Positions 11,431 to 24,399 of a stretch of DNA of 64,000 nucleotides are shown here, piece by piece. Below the pieces are notes generated by a model, which did not search any database, had not been told where the DNA came from, and was given only the letters and a program-made list of their open reading frames with translations. How positions within the stretch are numbered: position 1 is the first letter of the stretch; each line of letters starts with the position of its first letter. The position numbers and the translations under genes are program-made. This DNA is from Mobula hypostoma (lineage: Eukaryota), in the NCBI RefSeq assembly GCF_963921235.1, contig NC_086118.1, forward strand, positions 13,332,001 through 13,396,000, written 5' to 3'.

Positions 11431-11787
11431 GACAAAGTGTATAGTGTTACATGAGACACATTTTATTTGTATTTATATCATTTTTCATAAATATATTTCT
11501 CATTGTAGTAACCTGGAAATGAATTTAAGAAATTGAAATCTATTCAGTGGTTGGATAATGACACAAAAAAAGTATAACCACATGATTGAACTAACTTCAC
11601 AACTCCTCAGTAAATGAAGCACCCCTTGACCAGATGCAACACAACTTAACCATCAGTCAGGCATATGCAGCAAAATGCATCCATACCACAAAGTTTCAGG
11701 CAATGGCCATCTCCAACAAGAGAGAATCATCTACCCTTGATGTTCAAAGACATTACTATTGTGGAGTACCATACTATCCAGACCTTA

Positions 11788-12990
11788 GTTCAAAGTTCAA
11801 AGTAAATTTATAATCAATTTACATATATGCTACCCTGAGATCCTGTACCTAGTGGGCGTTCACAGTTAATAAAAAGAAACACCCGAGAACCGATGAAAAA
11901 CCGCATATAAGATGGACGAACAACCAATGTGCAAAGACAACTGTGCAAATACAAAGATAAAAATTACAAACAAAATAATAATGATACATAAATAAGCAAA
12001 AATATTGAGAACATAAAATAAAAAGTTCTTTAAAGTATATCCATAGAAAATAGGAATAATTCCATGTCGGGGAGAGGGCGGTTGAGTGAAATTATCCCCT
12101 TTGGTTCAAGAGCCCGATGGTTGAGGGGTAATAACTGGTGGTTAATGTGTTTTGATGCTCCTGTACCTCCTTCCTGATGGCAGCAGCGAGGAGAGAGCAT
12201 GGCCTGAGTGGTGGGGGTCCTTGATAATAGCTCCTTGTAGATATCGTCAACCATAGAGAGGGCTTTACCCAAGATGGACTGAACTGCATCCACTACTTTT
12301 TGTAGGCTTTCCATACTTCTGGGCTGGATCCTTTCGTCAGGGGTTATGGGAGTTTATGATGGGTCCTCCATGTCTTGGAGGTCAAAGTGAGCACAAAAGG
12401 CATTGAAGTAATCTGGAAACTGAGTCCTTTTGTCACCTATGCCACCTGATTTTACTTTACAAGGGTGATAGAATTGAAGCCCTGCCACAACTGTCGAGTA
12501 TCCTTCATTGATCATGTTTAGTCTCGAATTGCCACTTCACCCATGTGGTGTCTTTCCGGAGATTGTCCCTGGACCTTTTGTAACCTTCTTGATCACCAGA
12601 CTTGAATGCCTCTGATCAGGCCCTCAGCAGATTGTGGATCTCACAGTTCATCCATGGTTTCTGGTTGGCGAAGACTCTGAATGATTTTGTGGGGCACACT
12701 TTTCTACAACTGTTTTTATAAAGTCCGTGACAACCACGGTGTATTCATTCAGATCAGCAAATGAGACCTTGAACATAGCCCAGTCCACTGACTCAAATCA
12801 ATCCTGTAGTTGCTCCTCTGTCTCCCATGACCACCTGTTTGTTGTCCTAATCTCTGGAGTTTTGCTCTTTACCCTTTGGCTGTACTTTGGTAGGAGAAAG
12901 ACAGACACGTGATCTGATCTCCCGAAATGCGATCTGGGCATGGAACGGTAGGCATTCCTTATCTTATTATAACTATTCTGCCCCCGCTCA
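11788..12990 (-). mobile_element. Rex1/Babar-type LINE relic
   Basis: Translation YRSMPRSHFGRSDHVSVFLLPKYSQRVK and LQKVVDAVQSI; (TTTGAAC)n-type tail at about 11790. Boundaries approximate. Confidence 0.75.
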
Positions 12991-14779
12991 AGAGTTTTCC
13001 CCATTTTTTTTTAAGATAGACAGATAGATAACTCCAGTACTGACATAGCAGTAGCTGAAGGCAGTTTTATTATTCACCAACACGTTACAGTACACAAGGA
13101 TCTGGTGTAAAAAAAATCTCAGAATTATAACAAAAGGCACATTCAAATATTTGTTGAAATTCCTTCAACTTCTAACAAGTGCTTCTAATGAATGAATGAA
13201 TATTCAAACAATTATATAATGGCTGACTTGATGATGAAAGCTAATTGCTTAACAACGCGATAATGAACAGCTGTGAACTTACAATTAAGCAATGAGATCT
13301 AGTAGCTAGAAGTAAAATAATAATCCAAATGAGGAGAGACATAACACTCCCCACCTGGTATCTGTAAAAGACGTCTCCAATTGAACCCATGACTTTCACA
13401 AACAAAACATAAAACATGTTAGAGTCACTGCTCCTGATCAATTGAATAGCACAGTCAAATGCTAAAAAATAATAAGACCATCAACTGGATTCAAAATACA
13501 GGAGCAAAATTCTGTCCTTCAAGAGGGATCACTAATCCAAACTTCGAACTAAGCATATTTAATCATATCAAATATACAACAGAGAACCCAAAACAAATCT
13601 AGAATCTCTACAGATTTAAAATATTGTCTTCATTTTTACAGATTTGTAACGAGAGTTCACGTCTCAATCATTTTCCGACAGTCAATTTTTCCGTTTAGGT
13701 TGTACATTTTCATCCTAAGTCATTTCATGGCATTTCTTGAGTATGCGTGTAAGTTAAGGAAAGCCACTGCTTGCCCACAATTGTTTGTTTATCTGGGAGT
13801 AGCTGACAGAGACTACAGAAGGGAGCTATGCCACCTAGCTGCTCCTTCACTTACACACATGCTCAAGAACTGTCATGGAATTACTTAGAAAGAAAATGGA
13901 ACCCGTTATCTATCACCCTCAAGAAAGAAAGGCCATCCATTTTTTCCTCAGTGCAATGGTTTGATTCGTAACTGGCAATCAGCATCTGAGAGGGAAGCCA
14001 GATTAAGCTTAGCTGGCAGAAGTCAAACTTTGAAACTTGTCTCTCAGGTTCTTCATCAGGCCTTGTTGGGTTAGATCTGTCCACTGCCAAGTTGGCATGT
14101 CTCCCTCCTTGGCTCTGGCTGCTGAGTGCTGGAGGTCACCTTCTCTACTCCTCCATAACTCCATTGTTTGGCTGTTGGTTTAGAAGTTCCTGCTTTACTC
14201 TCCTTGTCTTCGCCCTCTTGCCTTGACTTATATTCTGCTTTTTGGTAACCCCTGTATCATTCCATAACAGCTTGAATAGAGATTTTCTCTCGGGATGTTG
14301 GTGACTTGATCGGGATGCTCCTCTCATCATCACTGTTGTTGAGCTCAGTAACCTGCTCATTCCTTTGAATATTCCAACATGTCAATTTGTCCATGATTAT
14401 GACTTTCTGATCATCTAGCAGAGGTAACTCTGAAGAAACATAGTGGGTTGCCTCAGTACATTTGGCAGAGTGGCAGAGCTTGCACTCTAACCTGGAACTA
14501 TGCTCAATTCATGTAAGTCCATTATTGGAAGAACTCTCAGGAGCCACTTTCAAGAGACACAGGATGGAGGAAACTGAATACAACATTTTCCTGGGCAGGG
14601 TATAATAATTACAGCACCGAAATAGGCTATCTCAGCCCTTCTAGTCCGTCCGTATCAGAACCCTCTCAATTCCCCATTGTGCTAGAAGGCCAGAGTTTCA
14701 GGTTTGGTTTGTTCTGGCTACCCTCAGCATAGAATCCTTTGAATGGACAAAGACGGATTCACCAATGCTCACTGCGATG

Positions 14780-15640
14780 CTTGTTAAACCTCCTTCTTGC
14801 GAGGTCAAGGTCGATCAACAGTATCTTGTTACTAAGGACTTGAGTTGAAGGTGGTGAGTCGCTGCTTCTGGTGTGTGGATTTCCTCCCAGTTGTCCGGAG
14901 TGTGGGGGGAGCTAAATGAGAGTCTTTTCACCTACAGATTCGACAATGAAGCCTTTTGCTCTACACTCGTCTATGACAGAACTGCTCATGTCTTAAGTGT
15001 GAAAGGTGAGGTGTCATCAGTTATGTTGAAGATGTTAAAAAAAAGATTATTTAACTGTAGATGTTGCTCTGATCATCCAAGACAACAAATATTTCATCCT
15101 CTTCTCATAGTGGCCTTCAGGGCAAACATTGACAAGGCAGATCTTTGAACATGACTTACTGGCGGACTTTTTCCCCCCAGACCTCAGTACTGGAAGGGGT
15201 GGCATCTAGAGAGGAAAGGGATTCATCTCCCTCCCTGCCATGCTGTAAGGAGGTACTTGTGTTGTTCTTCACAGACCTGGGAGGTGGGCCAAAATGAAGA
15301 GCTGCAATGTGTTTGTCACTGTCGCATTCAGACCACGGGATGATAGCCTTTCAGTCCCTCGCCCGGTGGCGGGTTGAAGGACAGCAGCAGAGACATATGG
15401 TGCTCTTTGAGGAAGGTCTTTCATTATTCTAGCGGTTTCTTCCTGAAACCTTCACACTTCTAGAGGGGGAGTAGGTTCCAAAGTAAAGGACACTGTTTGT
15501 TAGGATCTTCTGATGTTCTAGAATCATACTTTTGGATAGTTTTATCCACCTCAATTTTATGCACTATGACAGGGCCTCAAACAGGTTTCACTTTTCTTAT
15601 TCAGCAAAGCCAATATACTGTCTTGTGACACTTCACATAG
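14780..15640 (-). mobile_element. BEL/Pao LTR retrotransposon relic (gag zinc fingers and protease)
   Basis: Manual translation across stops and frameshifts: VHKIEV..EDPNKQCPL..KCEGFRKKPLE..TFLKEHH..CCPSTRHRARD..SECDSDKHIAALHFGPPP, then SCSKICLVNV, VVLDDQSN, PFTLKT, PDNWEEIHTPEAA. Not visible in the ORF track. Confidence 0.78.
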
Positions 15641-15644
15641 AGCA

Positions 15645-15942
15645 TTAATGTTGTCTTCCTAAAACCATCAGATTCTTGAACCTATCTGCACAGTCCTAAC
15701 CCTAACTCAGCACTAGAACTCAGTAGATCACCTCTTGCACTACGATGGACTTGACTTTGAATTTTTTACACCATGGTCTTGCTTTTGCATAGTCTTTTTT
15801 TCTACCGTGAAGTATAATATTATGCATAATTTGTGTATAGTTTATAGTCTGTGTGTATGTGCCTGTGATGTCACTGTAACCAAGTTTTTCATTATATTGT
15901 ACCTCACCTACTTGTACACTTGACAGTAAACTCGACTTGCAA
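15645..15942 (+). mobile_element. 3' end of Rex1/L2-type LINE
   Basis: Resembles the other Rex-type 3' UTRs in the window, ending GACAGTAAACTCGACTTG. Confidence 0.55.
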
Positions 15943-15991
15943 TGAAGTTCCACGATTGTGACCATAATTTTACCTTCATTGTCCAAGAACC

Positions 15992-16632
15992 TGTAAAGCT
16001 CCGCTATATTGGCTCATATATATCTGGGGGAAATCCCGCCCGGCTCCCGTCTGGACGCCTCCCACTGGATCGGTTGCTGTACCACGGCCGCCTGAATCAA
16101 TCCCAAACATCAATCATCAGCCAGCACACACAGTACGTTTTACCAAACACACTATATAGATATTACTCAGTCTATGAAATTAATATAAGTTCGATACAGA
16201 AAAAGAAGGAATGCGGAAAAAAAGGCGCCAGATTTATCAAAGTTCAAGTTCTTCGTGCACAAGTTGGAGCTCAGGAAGTTCTTCGGGACCACCGGAACCC
16301 TGTCGACTCACGGCTCGGCCCCACCTGGAGTGATCGACCGGAGCCTTTCGCACGTCTGTCGTCCTCCCCGTCTCTCATCTGACTCTCCGCCAAAAACCTT
16401 CGTTCCCAGTCATATGAGACAGTATTATCAACCCAAGAATTAATAACATGAACACCCATTGGCTAATAGCACCCCGCTATCTGTATTAACCCAAGCAAAT
16501 GTCTAGCTGGAGACTTTCTCAGCATTTAACATAACATAGAAGCCATTTTAATCCACATACGCAGCAGTTTAAAAGATTAACGTAACAAAGAAGCCATTTT
16601 AAATTTAACATACAAAGAAGAGACCCCGTACA
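15992..16632 (-). repeat. 3' LTR (641 bp)
   Basis: Direct repeat of 20899-21520; adjacent PPT (minus GGTGGGGGGAGAG) at 16633-16645. Confidence 0.95.
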
Positions 16633-17077
16633 CTCTCCCCCCACCAAATAAAAGTCATGCCCTCATGACATTAACAGGGTTCACCATTGCTCCTTGCAAA
16701 ACACAAAACCCAACCCAGGTGCATAAAGCAGTGACATAACTTCCCAGGGCAGTAGAGATCACACCCTCCCATCCTGTTCTGCCAGCGCTGTATAAACCAA
16801 CCATTCCGGGGGGAGGGGCGGGGGGGTGCCTACTCTTCTGAGACCTCTGTACTTCCTCTGCTGGCTCTTCCGGTTCAGACATCCCAGATGACACCCCGGG
16901 CCTACCTGTCGGACCCTCACCCTCACCCTCACCCTCACGGGGACCCCTCGGCACCTGTGAGCCCTCTGCCTCGGGTTCTGGTTCCACCCTCTTTTCCCCC
17001 AATTCCAGCTGTATTACAGGTGACTCCACAACACCCTCCCTCCTCTCCCCAACTCAGTGGGGGAAGGGCCAGGAACA

Positions 17078-19450
17078 TCTTCTTCCCGCGCCGGTACTTC
17101 AGGCTGAACTCATAGACAGACAAGGCCGCGAAAGGTGCCCAGTAGCGTCCAACTTTGCCGAGGTCAGGATATAAGTGAGAGGGTTTTTGTCAGTTCTCAC
17201 CTCAATCTTGGCCCCAAATAGATAGTCGCTCCACTTGTCCACCACTGCCCATTTCAACGCCAAGAACTCCAACTTGTGCGTGAGATAGTTTCTCTCAGAT
17301 GGTGACAAGCTTCGGCTGACAAACACCACAGGCCTCAATCCGTTGCCCTGCTCCTGGTACAGGACAGCCCCCAGACCCTCATGACTGGCATCAGTGTGTA
17401 GCACATACAGCTTCTGGGGATCAACAAAAGCCAACACCGGGGCCTGTGTCAGCGCCCTTTTTAGAGATTGGAATACCTCCTCACATTGAGCATCCCACCG
17501 CGATCCAAGAGGCTCCGCCAGGTTCAAGTATCCTCCTACCTCTGGCCCTCGGTCTCCCTTCCTTTTCTTCCCGACAGGTGGATAACCACACAACAGCTGG
17601 TTCAATGGGTGACTCTTTTTTGCATATCCTTCCACGCATCGCCGGTAATACCCACAGAACCCCAAAAATAAGCACAGGGCACTCACCTTCTGGGGTCTCG
17701 GCCAGGTGGTCACTGCAGCTATCTTAGCTGGATCAGTGGCCGTTCCATTTCACGAGATTATGTGCCCGACATAGCTGACCGACGTCTTACAGAACTGACA
17801 TTTGTCCAGGGAAAGTTTTAACCCTTCCTCCTTCAGCCGACTCAGCACCTTCAGCAGCCGCTCCTCATGTTCCTCCAACGTAGATCCAAACACTATCAGG
17901 TCGTCCAGGTACACTGATACCTCCAGCAGGTTCATTTCCCCCACTATCCGCTCCATGAGCCGCTGGAAGGTGGCTGGGGCCCCCGAGATGCCTTGGGGCA
18001 TTCGTTCAAACTAGAAAAATCCCAGGGGGCAGATAAAGGCCGTCTTCTCTTTATCGCTCTCACTCATCGGAATCTGGTAATACCCACTCCGCAAATCCAA
18101 TACGCTGAACCACTGCGCACCACTCAAACAGGCCAATGTGTCTTCCACCCTCGGGACCATATATTGGTCGGGAACAGTGCGCCGGTTCAGGGTCCTATAG
18201 TCCACGCACATGCGTACCTTCCCATTTTTCTTCCTTGCCACCACTATGGGGGACGCATAGGGGCTTCGGGACTCCGCGATAATCCCTGCATCTTTCAACT
18301 GCCGCAAGTGCTGCCACACATCTTCCACATCTGCTGGGGCCAACCGCCGCGACCTCTCCTTAAACGGGGTGTCATTTGTCACCCGGATAGTGTCCCGAGT
18401 GCTCTTGGAACATCCCACATCAAACTCGCCCTGAGAAAAGACATCCCGTAACTTCAGCATCTTCTCCACCAGCCTGCTCTTATACTCCAGGGGAGTCTTT
18501 AAAATTAAAGGCCTCCTCGGTCAGTCGCCCCCTGTTCTCCAGTCGTTTTCCTCCAGTGGGCCTCACGGGGGCGCTAGACGTCACCATAACCGGGAACAAG
18601 TGCGCGAGAGGCATCCCGCGCTTAAAGGTGATCTCCCTCTCCATTGTGTTCCTTACAATCACCCCCATCCGGCGTGCCTGTTCAACCGAGGACCTCTGCA
18701 ATTCAGGTCACACCAGTGCCTAAGCCGGGAACCAGGACTCCCCTTCAAGGTCTTCTGGGGTGTCTATTAGTAGGGCCTCACCCGCTGGTACTCCGGAGAA
18801 TCTGGGGGTCCCCATCACTAATGCCGCCTTCCCTGGCCGTATCACCTTAGGCCTTGCCTGAGTATGCCACACCGTCACTCATTTGCACTCAGGATCCAGC
18901 CCCTGGGGGTCACCCACTTCCTCGAACACCGCTTGAAACACTGGGTGCACCGAAAGAGTCTCCAGAAAGTTTGCCCCACCTTCTCCTTACAGGATCCCAG
19001 GAGCCGTCGCACCAGAGGGGAGTTAGTCCCCACTAACAGGGCAGCGCCACCGGTTTCCACCGGGTCCAGACAAACCAACACCAACGTCTCAAGGGCTTCC
19101 GACATTCCCACATCACCCTCCGAGAATTCCAATCTCACTGACAATTACCCATCGTACGGGTAATCACCATCACTTATACCCCAAATCTCCAGTGCATTAA
19201 ACGGGGTTACTGGCAAATGCTTCAGATATTTGTTGTAGAACGACCGGTACAGTAAGGTAGCCTGCGAACCTGGTCAAGGATGGCTCTTGCAAAGATTCCC
19301 TCTATCTGTAGGGATACGCTGGAACAGGGTCCCACCAGTCCATCCGGAATAAGGGCTAGTGCTTTCGGGGGTTCCATGGCTGATTTCTGGGAAAATGTTC
19401 CTCCTGAGACTCCAGTCCGTTCCCTCACTGAGCCTCTCCTAAGTTTCCTG
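17078..19450 (-). pseudogene. pol: Gypsy pol (protease, RT, RNase H), frameshifted; ends at the deletion junction
   Basis: ORF pieces 19222-19461, 18875-19144, 18480-18701, 18011-18469, 17750-18001 and 17099-17713. After YEFSLKYRRGKK the sequence jumps to a Glu/Pro-rich tail. Confidence 0.9.
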
Positions 19451-20825
19451 ATACCTCTCACTTCTTAGTTGCCCGGGGGCTTTTCCTCTGCGGGGCATCT
19501 TGTCTCTCACAATCCCTCTGAAAGTGACCCGCTTCCCCACAGCTGTAGCACACCCCCGGCCACTCACATTCCCGCCGGAAATGCCCCTCTCTCCCACAGT
19601 TATAGCACACGCTACCCGCCGCCCCTCTCGTTCCGGGACAACCCCCACTCCCAACCCACAGTGCGGGCCGAACCCGAAGGGGGCACTCCCCCTGTCCATC
19701 CCCTCAAGGGGGGGGGTCCCTCCCCCCATAGGACCCCTTGGATTTCACTGTTCTCAAACCAGCCACCACCTCCTGAACCGCTGAGGACCGTCCGCGGTGG
19801 TCCGAGCCCCTTTTCCGGCCCAAAGCACTTTCCTCTTCCCGCACCTCTCTAATCAGCTGCCCGAATGATGGAGGGGGGCTCCTCTTATATGACTGCTGAA
19901 TACTCCAAGCCACCCTGTCCTCCTCCAGGGAACCATTAAATATCTGACTCATCCTCAACCTCGCCACTTCGTCCACCTTCACTACCCCTCGGCGCCACAA
20001 CCCAGTAAGCCTTCTTTCCAGCTGGAAAATGTATTCTGAGAGCTTTTCCCCTCTTCCCTGCCCCATGTTTTGAAACTCCGCTAAATGTTGCCAGGGATCT
20101 CCTGACAGTCCAAGTGCTCCCTCCAAAACGTCCAAACACACCGACAGGGAAGCCGAGGGTCGTTCCGCCCTCAGCTCGCGGACTACATCTGCTGCGCCGC
20201 CCCTCTAACTTTCCACCAATCGCTGTCTCTTTTCCTCATCCAAACCTGACCACGCCTCTAACAACTGGGACGTATTCTTAATCCATACTTATATTCGTCC
20301 TCCCCTTCCGGGGTGGGCGTGGCTCCTGAGAAAATTCTCAGCTTCGGGCGGGGCCCCTCGACCCTTCTCACCAGGGAGGTAATGGCAGTCGCTAACTCGG
20401 AGGTCTCACCCCTGGCTGGGGGACGGGGCCTGGCCAAGCCTTCCCACTCTGACCCCCCACCACTGGCTACTGGCACCTCCCCTGGGGTCTCATCTAGCTC
20501 CTCCTCCACCTCCTCTGGTGTCTCCTCACTTTCGTCCTCCAGGAGGGTGTGGAGACCCCACAGCTCCGCCTCCCCCGGATGCTGACTGTAGCTGGCGGTT
20601 CCAAAGTCATGACGTCAGCACTCGTACGAACCAACACCCAAATAGATTCCACTTCTTTCCCACACCTTCTAGCTACCAGTTCTACCTGCCCTATACCTTT
20701 GGTCAAACTCAACCCTCGCACTAGTACGTCTCCCGAAATGCGGAAATCCACCCCACTTGGCACGCACGCATGATTCACCGGTACGTCCTCTAATTCACAC
20801 CAACTACAATCTTATCTCGATCCAT
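19450..20825 (-). pseudogene. gag: Gypsy gag (PNMA/Ma-antigen-like), frameshifted
   Basis: PKLRIFSGATPTPEGEDEY, QGRGEKLSEYIFQLE, PPPSFGQLIREVREEE; CYNCGREGHFRREC and CYSCGEAGHFQRDC at 19509-19607. Confidence 0.88.
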
Positions 20826-20877
20826 CTTCGCACTACTAAACACGGTGACTATTACAGCTTTACCGAAAATCCAAAAA

Positions 20878-20895
20878 CCCGGACGGTAGCCCCCA
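20878..20895 (-). promoter_or_regulatory. Primer-binding site, tRNA-Pro-like
   Basis: TGGGGGCTACCGTCCGGG starts 3 nt inside the 5' LTR boundary; matches the tRNA-Pro PBS TGGGGGCTCGTCCGGG with a 2-nt insertion. Confidence 0.8.
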
Positions 20896-20898
20896 CAA

Positions 20899-21520
20899 TG
20901 TAAAGCTCCACTATATTGGCTCGTATATATCTGGGGGAAATCCCGCCCGGCGCCTGCCTGGACGCCTCCAGCTGGGTCGGTGGCTGTACCACGGCCGCCT
21001 GAATCAATCCCAAACATCAATCATCAGGTACCAGGTACACTTTATGATATTACTAAGTCTATGAAATTAATATAAGTTCGATACAGAAAAAGAAGGAATG
21101 CGGAAAAAAAGGCGCCAGACTTATCAAAGTTCAAGTTCTTCGTGCACAAGTTGGAGCTCAGGAAGTTCTTCGGGACCACCGGGACCCTGTCGACTCACGG
21201 CTCGGGATCACCTGGAGTGATCGACCGGAGCCTTTCGCACGTCCATCATCCTCCCCGTCTCTCCTCCGACTCTCCGCCAAAAACTTTCATTCCCAGTCAT
21301 ATGAGTCAGCATTATCAACCCAAGAATTAATAACATGAACACCCATTGGCTAATAGCACCCCGCTATCTGTATTAACCCAAGCAAATGTCTAGCTGGAGA
21401 CTTTCTCAGCATTTAACATAACATAGAAGCCATTTTAATCCACATACGCAGCAGTTGAAAAGATTAACATAACAAAGAAGCCGTTTTAAATTTAATATAC
21501 AAAGAAGAACCCCCCGTACA
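20899..21520 (-). repeat. 5' LTR (622 bp)
   Basis: Direct repeat of 15992-16632 with scattered substitutions and an indel near 21025-21045. Confidence 0.95.
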
Positions 21521-21699
21521 AACCCTTATGCAGTACTTTTATGCATCCAAGAGGCTGCAACAGATGGTCTCGGTACAATGGAGGGATTGTTACTAATACT
21601 GCATCATTAGAAAGGTATACCAGGAGCACCATCAGGGGACTTAAACATGAGATATTGATGTGAACAAGCTGCAATACAGGACACATGCGGGCTGTGCAG

Positions 21700-22680
21700 C
21701 AAAAAGAGCATACGGTGGTCAGAGCAAGTAATCCCACATCTAACAGACCAGATAAAAAATTATCATTGTTATCAAGTTATCAAAGCTATCAAGTGGCATT
21801 GAAATTGAATAATTGATCTACTAATTGGATGAGAGAGCAGCACAATGGCAGAGCCCAGTTTCAGAACGCTAAAGTCAAAACTATAGTATTCTAAAGCATG
21901 TTCACCTAGGAAAGTGTTGTGTGAATGAGCCATGACAACTCCCAGCTAAGCTTCTGCTCCATCACAGAATCCAGTCTTCAGCCAATTCAGTTCAATCTAC
22001 AGGATATTAATAGATAGCAAAGAATACATCTTACGGCAAAGTCAATATGATTCTGACTTCAAAACTGAAGACCTGCACTTGAAAACAATCTGCACCTCTA
22101 GCCAAGCTGTGTTATTACAGTTACAACACTGGCATCTGCCCAACAACATGGAAAATTGCCCAGGTACAGAAAGCGCAAGATCAATCTAATCTGGATAATT
22201 ATCACCCCATGGGTCTACTTGCAATCATTAATAAGTGATGGAAGATATTGGCAATTATTCAGTAGAGGCTGCATTCCAGCAATCTGCTCCCCGACGCCCA
22301 GGTTGGTTTTCACTAGGAACATTTGGTTCAAGATCTCATCACAGCCCTGGTCTCATTTCTTTCTAAGATGAATGTTAGCCATGAATCTAAGCCATGTCAA
22401 TCCAAAAGATGAACAAAAGGTTTGTCTTTGTATGAAACTTTCCACAATCTGGCAGATTTCCAGGTTGCTTTGCATCATGAAGGATGATGGGAAAAGGGAG
22501 TTTACCCAGTCTTTTGGCTGACATTTTTTCATCAAGCAAACTAATTAAAGCTGGTTCAGCAGGTGGCTTATCCGTTAAGCATTCTACAGCAAAGTGCAGG
22601 TACAGAAATCCTGCCACCTTTGCCCAATGAACAATGGTTACATTTCAAAACACTCTCTACTGCTTGAGATATTTCAAGAT
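21700..22680 (+). mobile_element. Old CR1-group LINE RT fragment
   Basis: Degenerate LKTC..APLAKL..YSYNTGICPTTWKIAQV..QDQSNLDNYHPMGLLAIINK. A related piece lies at about 11620-11785. Boundaries approximate. Confidence 0.65.
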
Positions 22681-23196
22681 ATTGCAATGATGGGTTGAGG
22701 CACAAAACAATTCTTCCAATTAATCCTCAACCTTGCAAATGTTTTGGTGATTATACAATAGTGAGACAGGCAGCAACTCTTTCTGGTTCTTTTCTGAGCT
22801 ATCTATCTCATAATTACGCTGATGGGCAATGCAAAGCCCTGTCAAGCTGTAGATCAAATCTTAAACATCTCTCAAGTCAAGTCACATGATGACACAAATA
22901 CTCTAACATTTGAAAATGTGAAAAATCAATGCCAGCAACAAAAATTCTGGAGAATTTTCTCCAGATTTTTGAAGAGGGCTCATTTGAGGAGTGTTATTTT
23001 ATAAAATTATGTGCAGCAAAATAGGAAGCTCTCTGCTCATCAACAAGACCCACTCCTCTTTTTTCCCAACATCCTCTAAGTGTTTCCCTCTTCAAATCAT
23101 ATTTGAAATCCCTCTTGAAATCTTTCTTCACTCCTCCAGCCAGCACATTCAAGATCAGAACTCCTTTCTGAGTAAAATCATTTCTCTACCTCTTAG

Positions 23197-23655
23197 GAAA
23201 CACAAGAGACTGCAGATGCTGGAATATATTGCAACAAATAAGAAGCTGGAGGAAATCAACGTAATCAGACAGCATCTCTGGAGGAAATAGACAGTCCACA
23301 TTTCAGGTTGAGACCCTTCTGCAAGGTAGAGGGGTGATAGCCAGTACAGGAAGGTAAGTGGTGCAGCAAGAGCCAGCAGGTGACAGGAAGATCCTGGTGA
23401 GGAAGGACGAAAGGCAGATGGAGGAGGGGAGAGTCAAAATCATGCTAGATTCAGAGAGGTGACAGCCAGAGGCAACAAATGATTGAAAATGATAGAATCT
23501 GACAGGTAGTAAAATAAAGCATGGAATCAGGTGAGGAAGGTGGGAGGAGAAGACCCAGTGGGAGGAGTGTGTGGATGATGGACTGATGGAGTGGCTGGAG
23601 AAGCAGAAAGAAACAGGTTGATTGGGGGCTGAGAAGAGTGCTTGTCGAAACATCT
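23197..23655 (-). mobile_element. Penelope-like element terminal (pLTR) relic
   Basis: Reverse complement of the pyrimidine-rich plus hammerhead-like terminus seen at 52620-52960 and 60590-60860. Confidence 0.65.
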
Positions 23656-24399
23656 AATCCTTGGATTTTTGTCAAATACTTTAAATCAATGCCTTCTGAT
23701 TATTGACTCCCACTAGCAGAAAAGTCTCTCTACCCTCCCCCACCTTCTTAGCACCTTTAGTAAATTTCCCCTTAACTTATTCTGTTTTAAAGAGAAAATG
23801 GCAACCCTAATAGCAACCCTAGCTGCAAAACTAGCACCAATGAATTGAACCGCAAATCATGGAACCAAGTAATGTACAGATTATTATTTGTGATGCAGGG
23901 CCATTACGTTTAATACCATGTCTAATGTTACCATGATTTTTCATAGCATTGCAGATGTATTTTGAAATGTCCTGCAATTGAAGTATAACAATGTTATTAG
24001 AAAAGATTGAGTATTTGTGTATATGTGAATTAAACTGCTTGGTTCTATTTGCATCTAATATCATCTCTGTCTGGATTCATTTTGGAAGAATGAACTTAAC
24101 CATTCGGTGATTTCCATCAGCACTAACATTTGCAGATAGCCTAAGGTAATTCCTTCTCTAGAATAAATGTCTTGTTAGGACAGGGGTGAAAGCTGAACTG
24201 AAATCACAGGCAGTCTGTTCACTAAGGTGAAAGAAAAGGATCCCACCAGGGTTTTCAAAGAAGGCCTGAAGTTTTCACTGTCTTAGCTAACACTTATCTC
24301 TCTGCATCAATCATGTTGATTGTCTAGAGATTGACTGCTGAATTTCTATTAACATATTTCAACACTACTTCGTTAGCAGTGGCTGTGAAAGGCTTTCTC

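Larger units (their letters stand above)
15992..21520 (-). mobile_element. Gypsy LTR retrotransposon with PNMA-like gag; PR-RT-RNase H present, integrase deleted; inactive
   Basis: Two LTRs TGTAAAG...GTACA, 4-bp TSD AACC at 15988-15991 and 21521-21524, PBS and PPT. Motifs KLRIFSG..EGEDEY, two CCHC knuckles, SPYASPIVV, LDLRSGYYQI, YLDD, HTDAS, KLEFLALKWAV. Confidence 0.96.
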
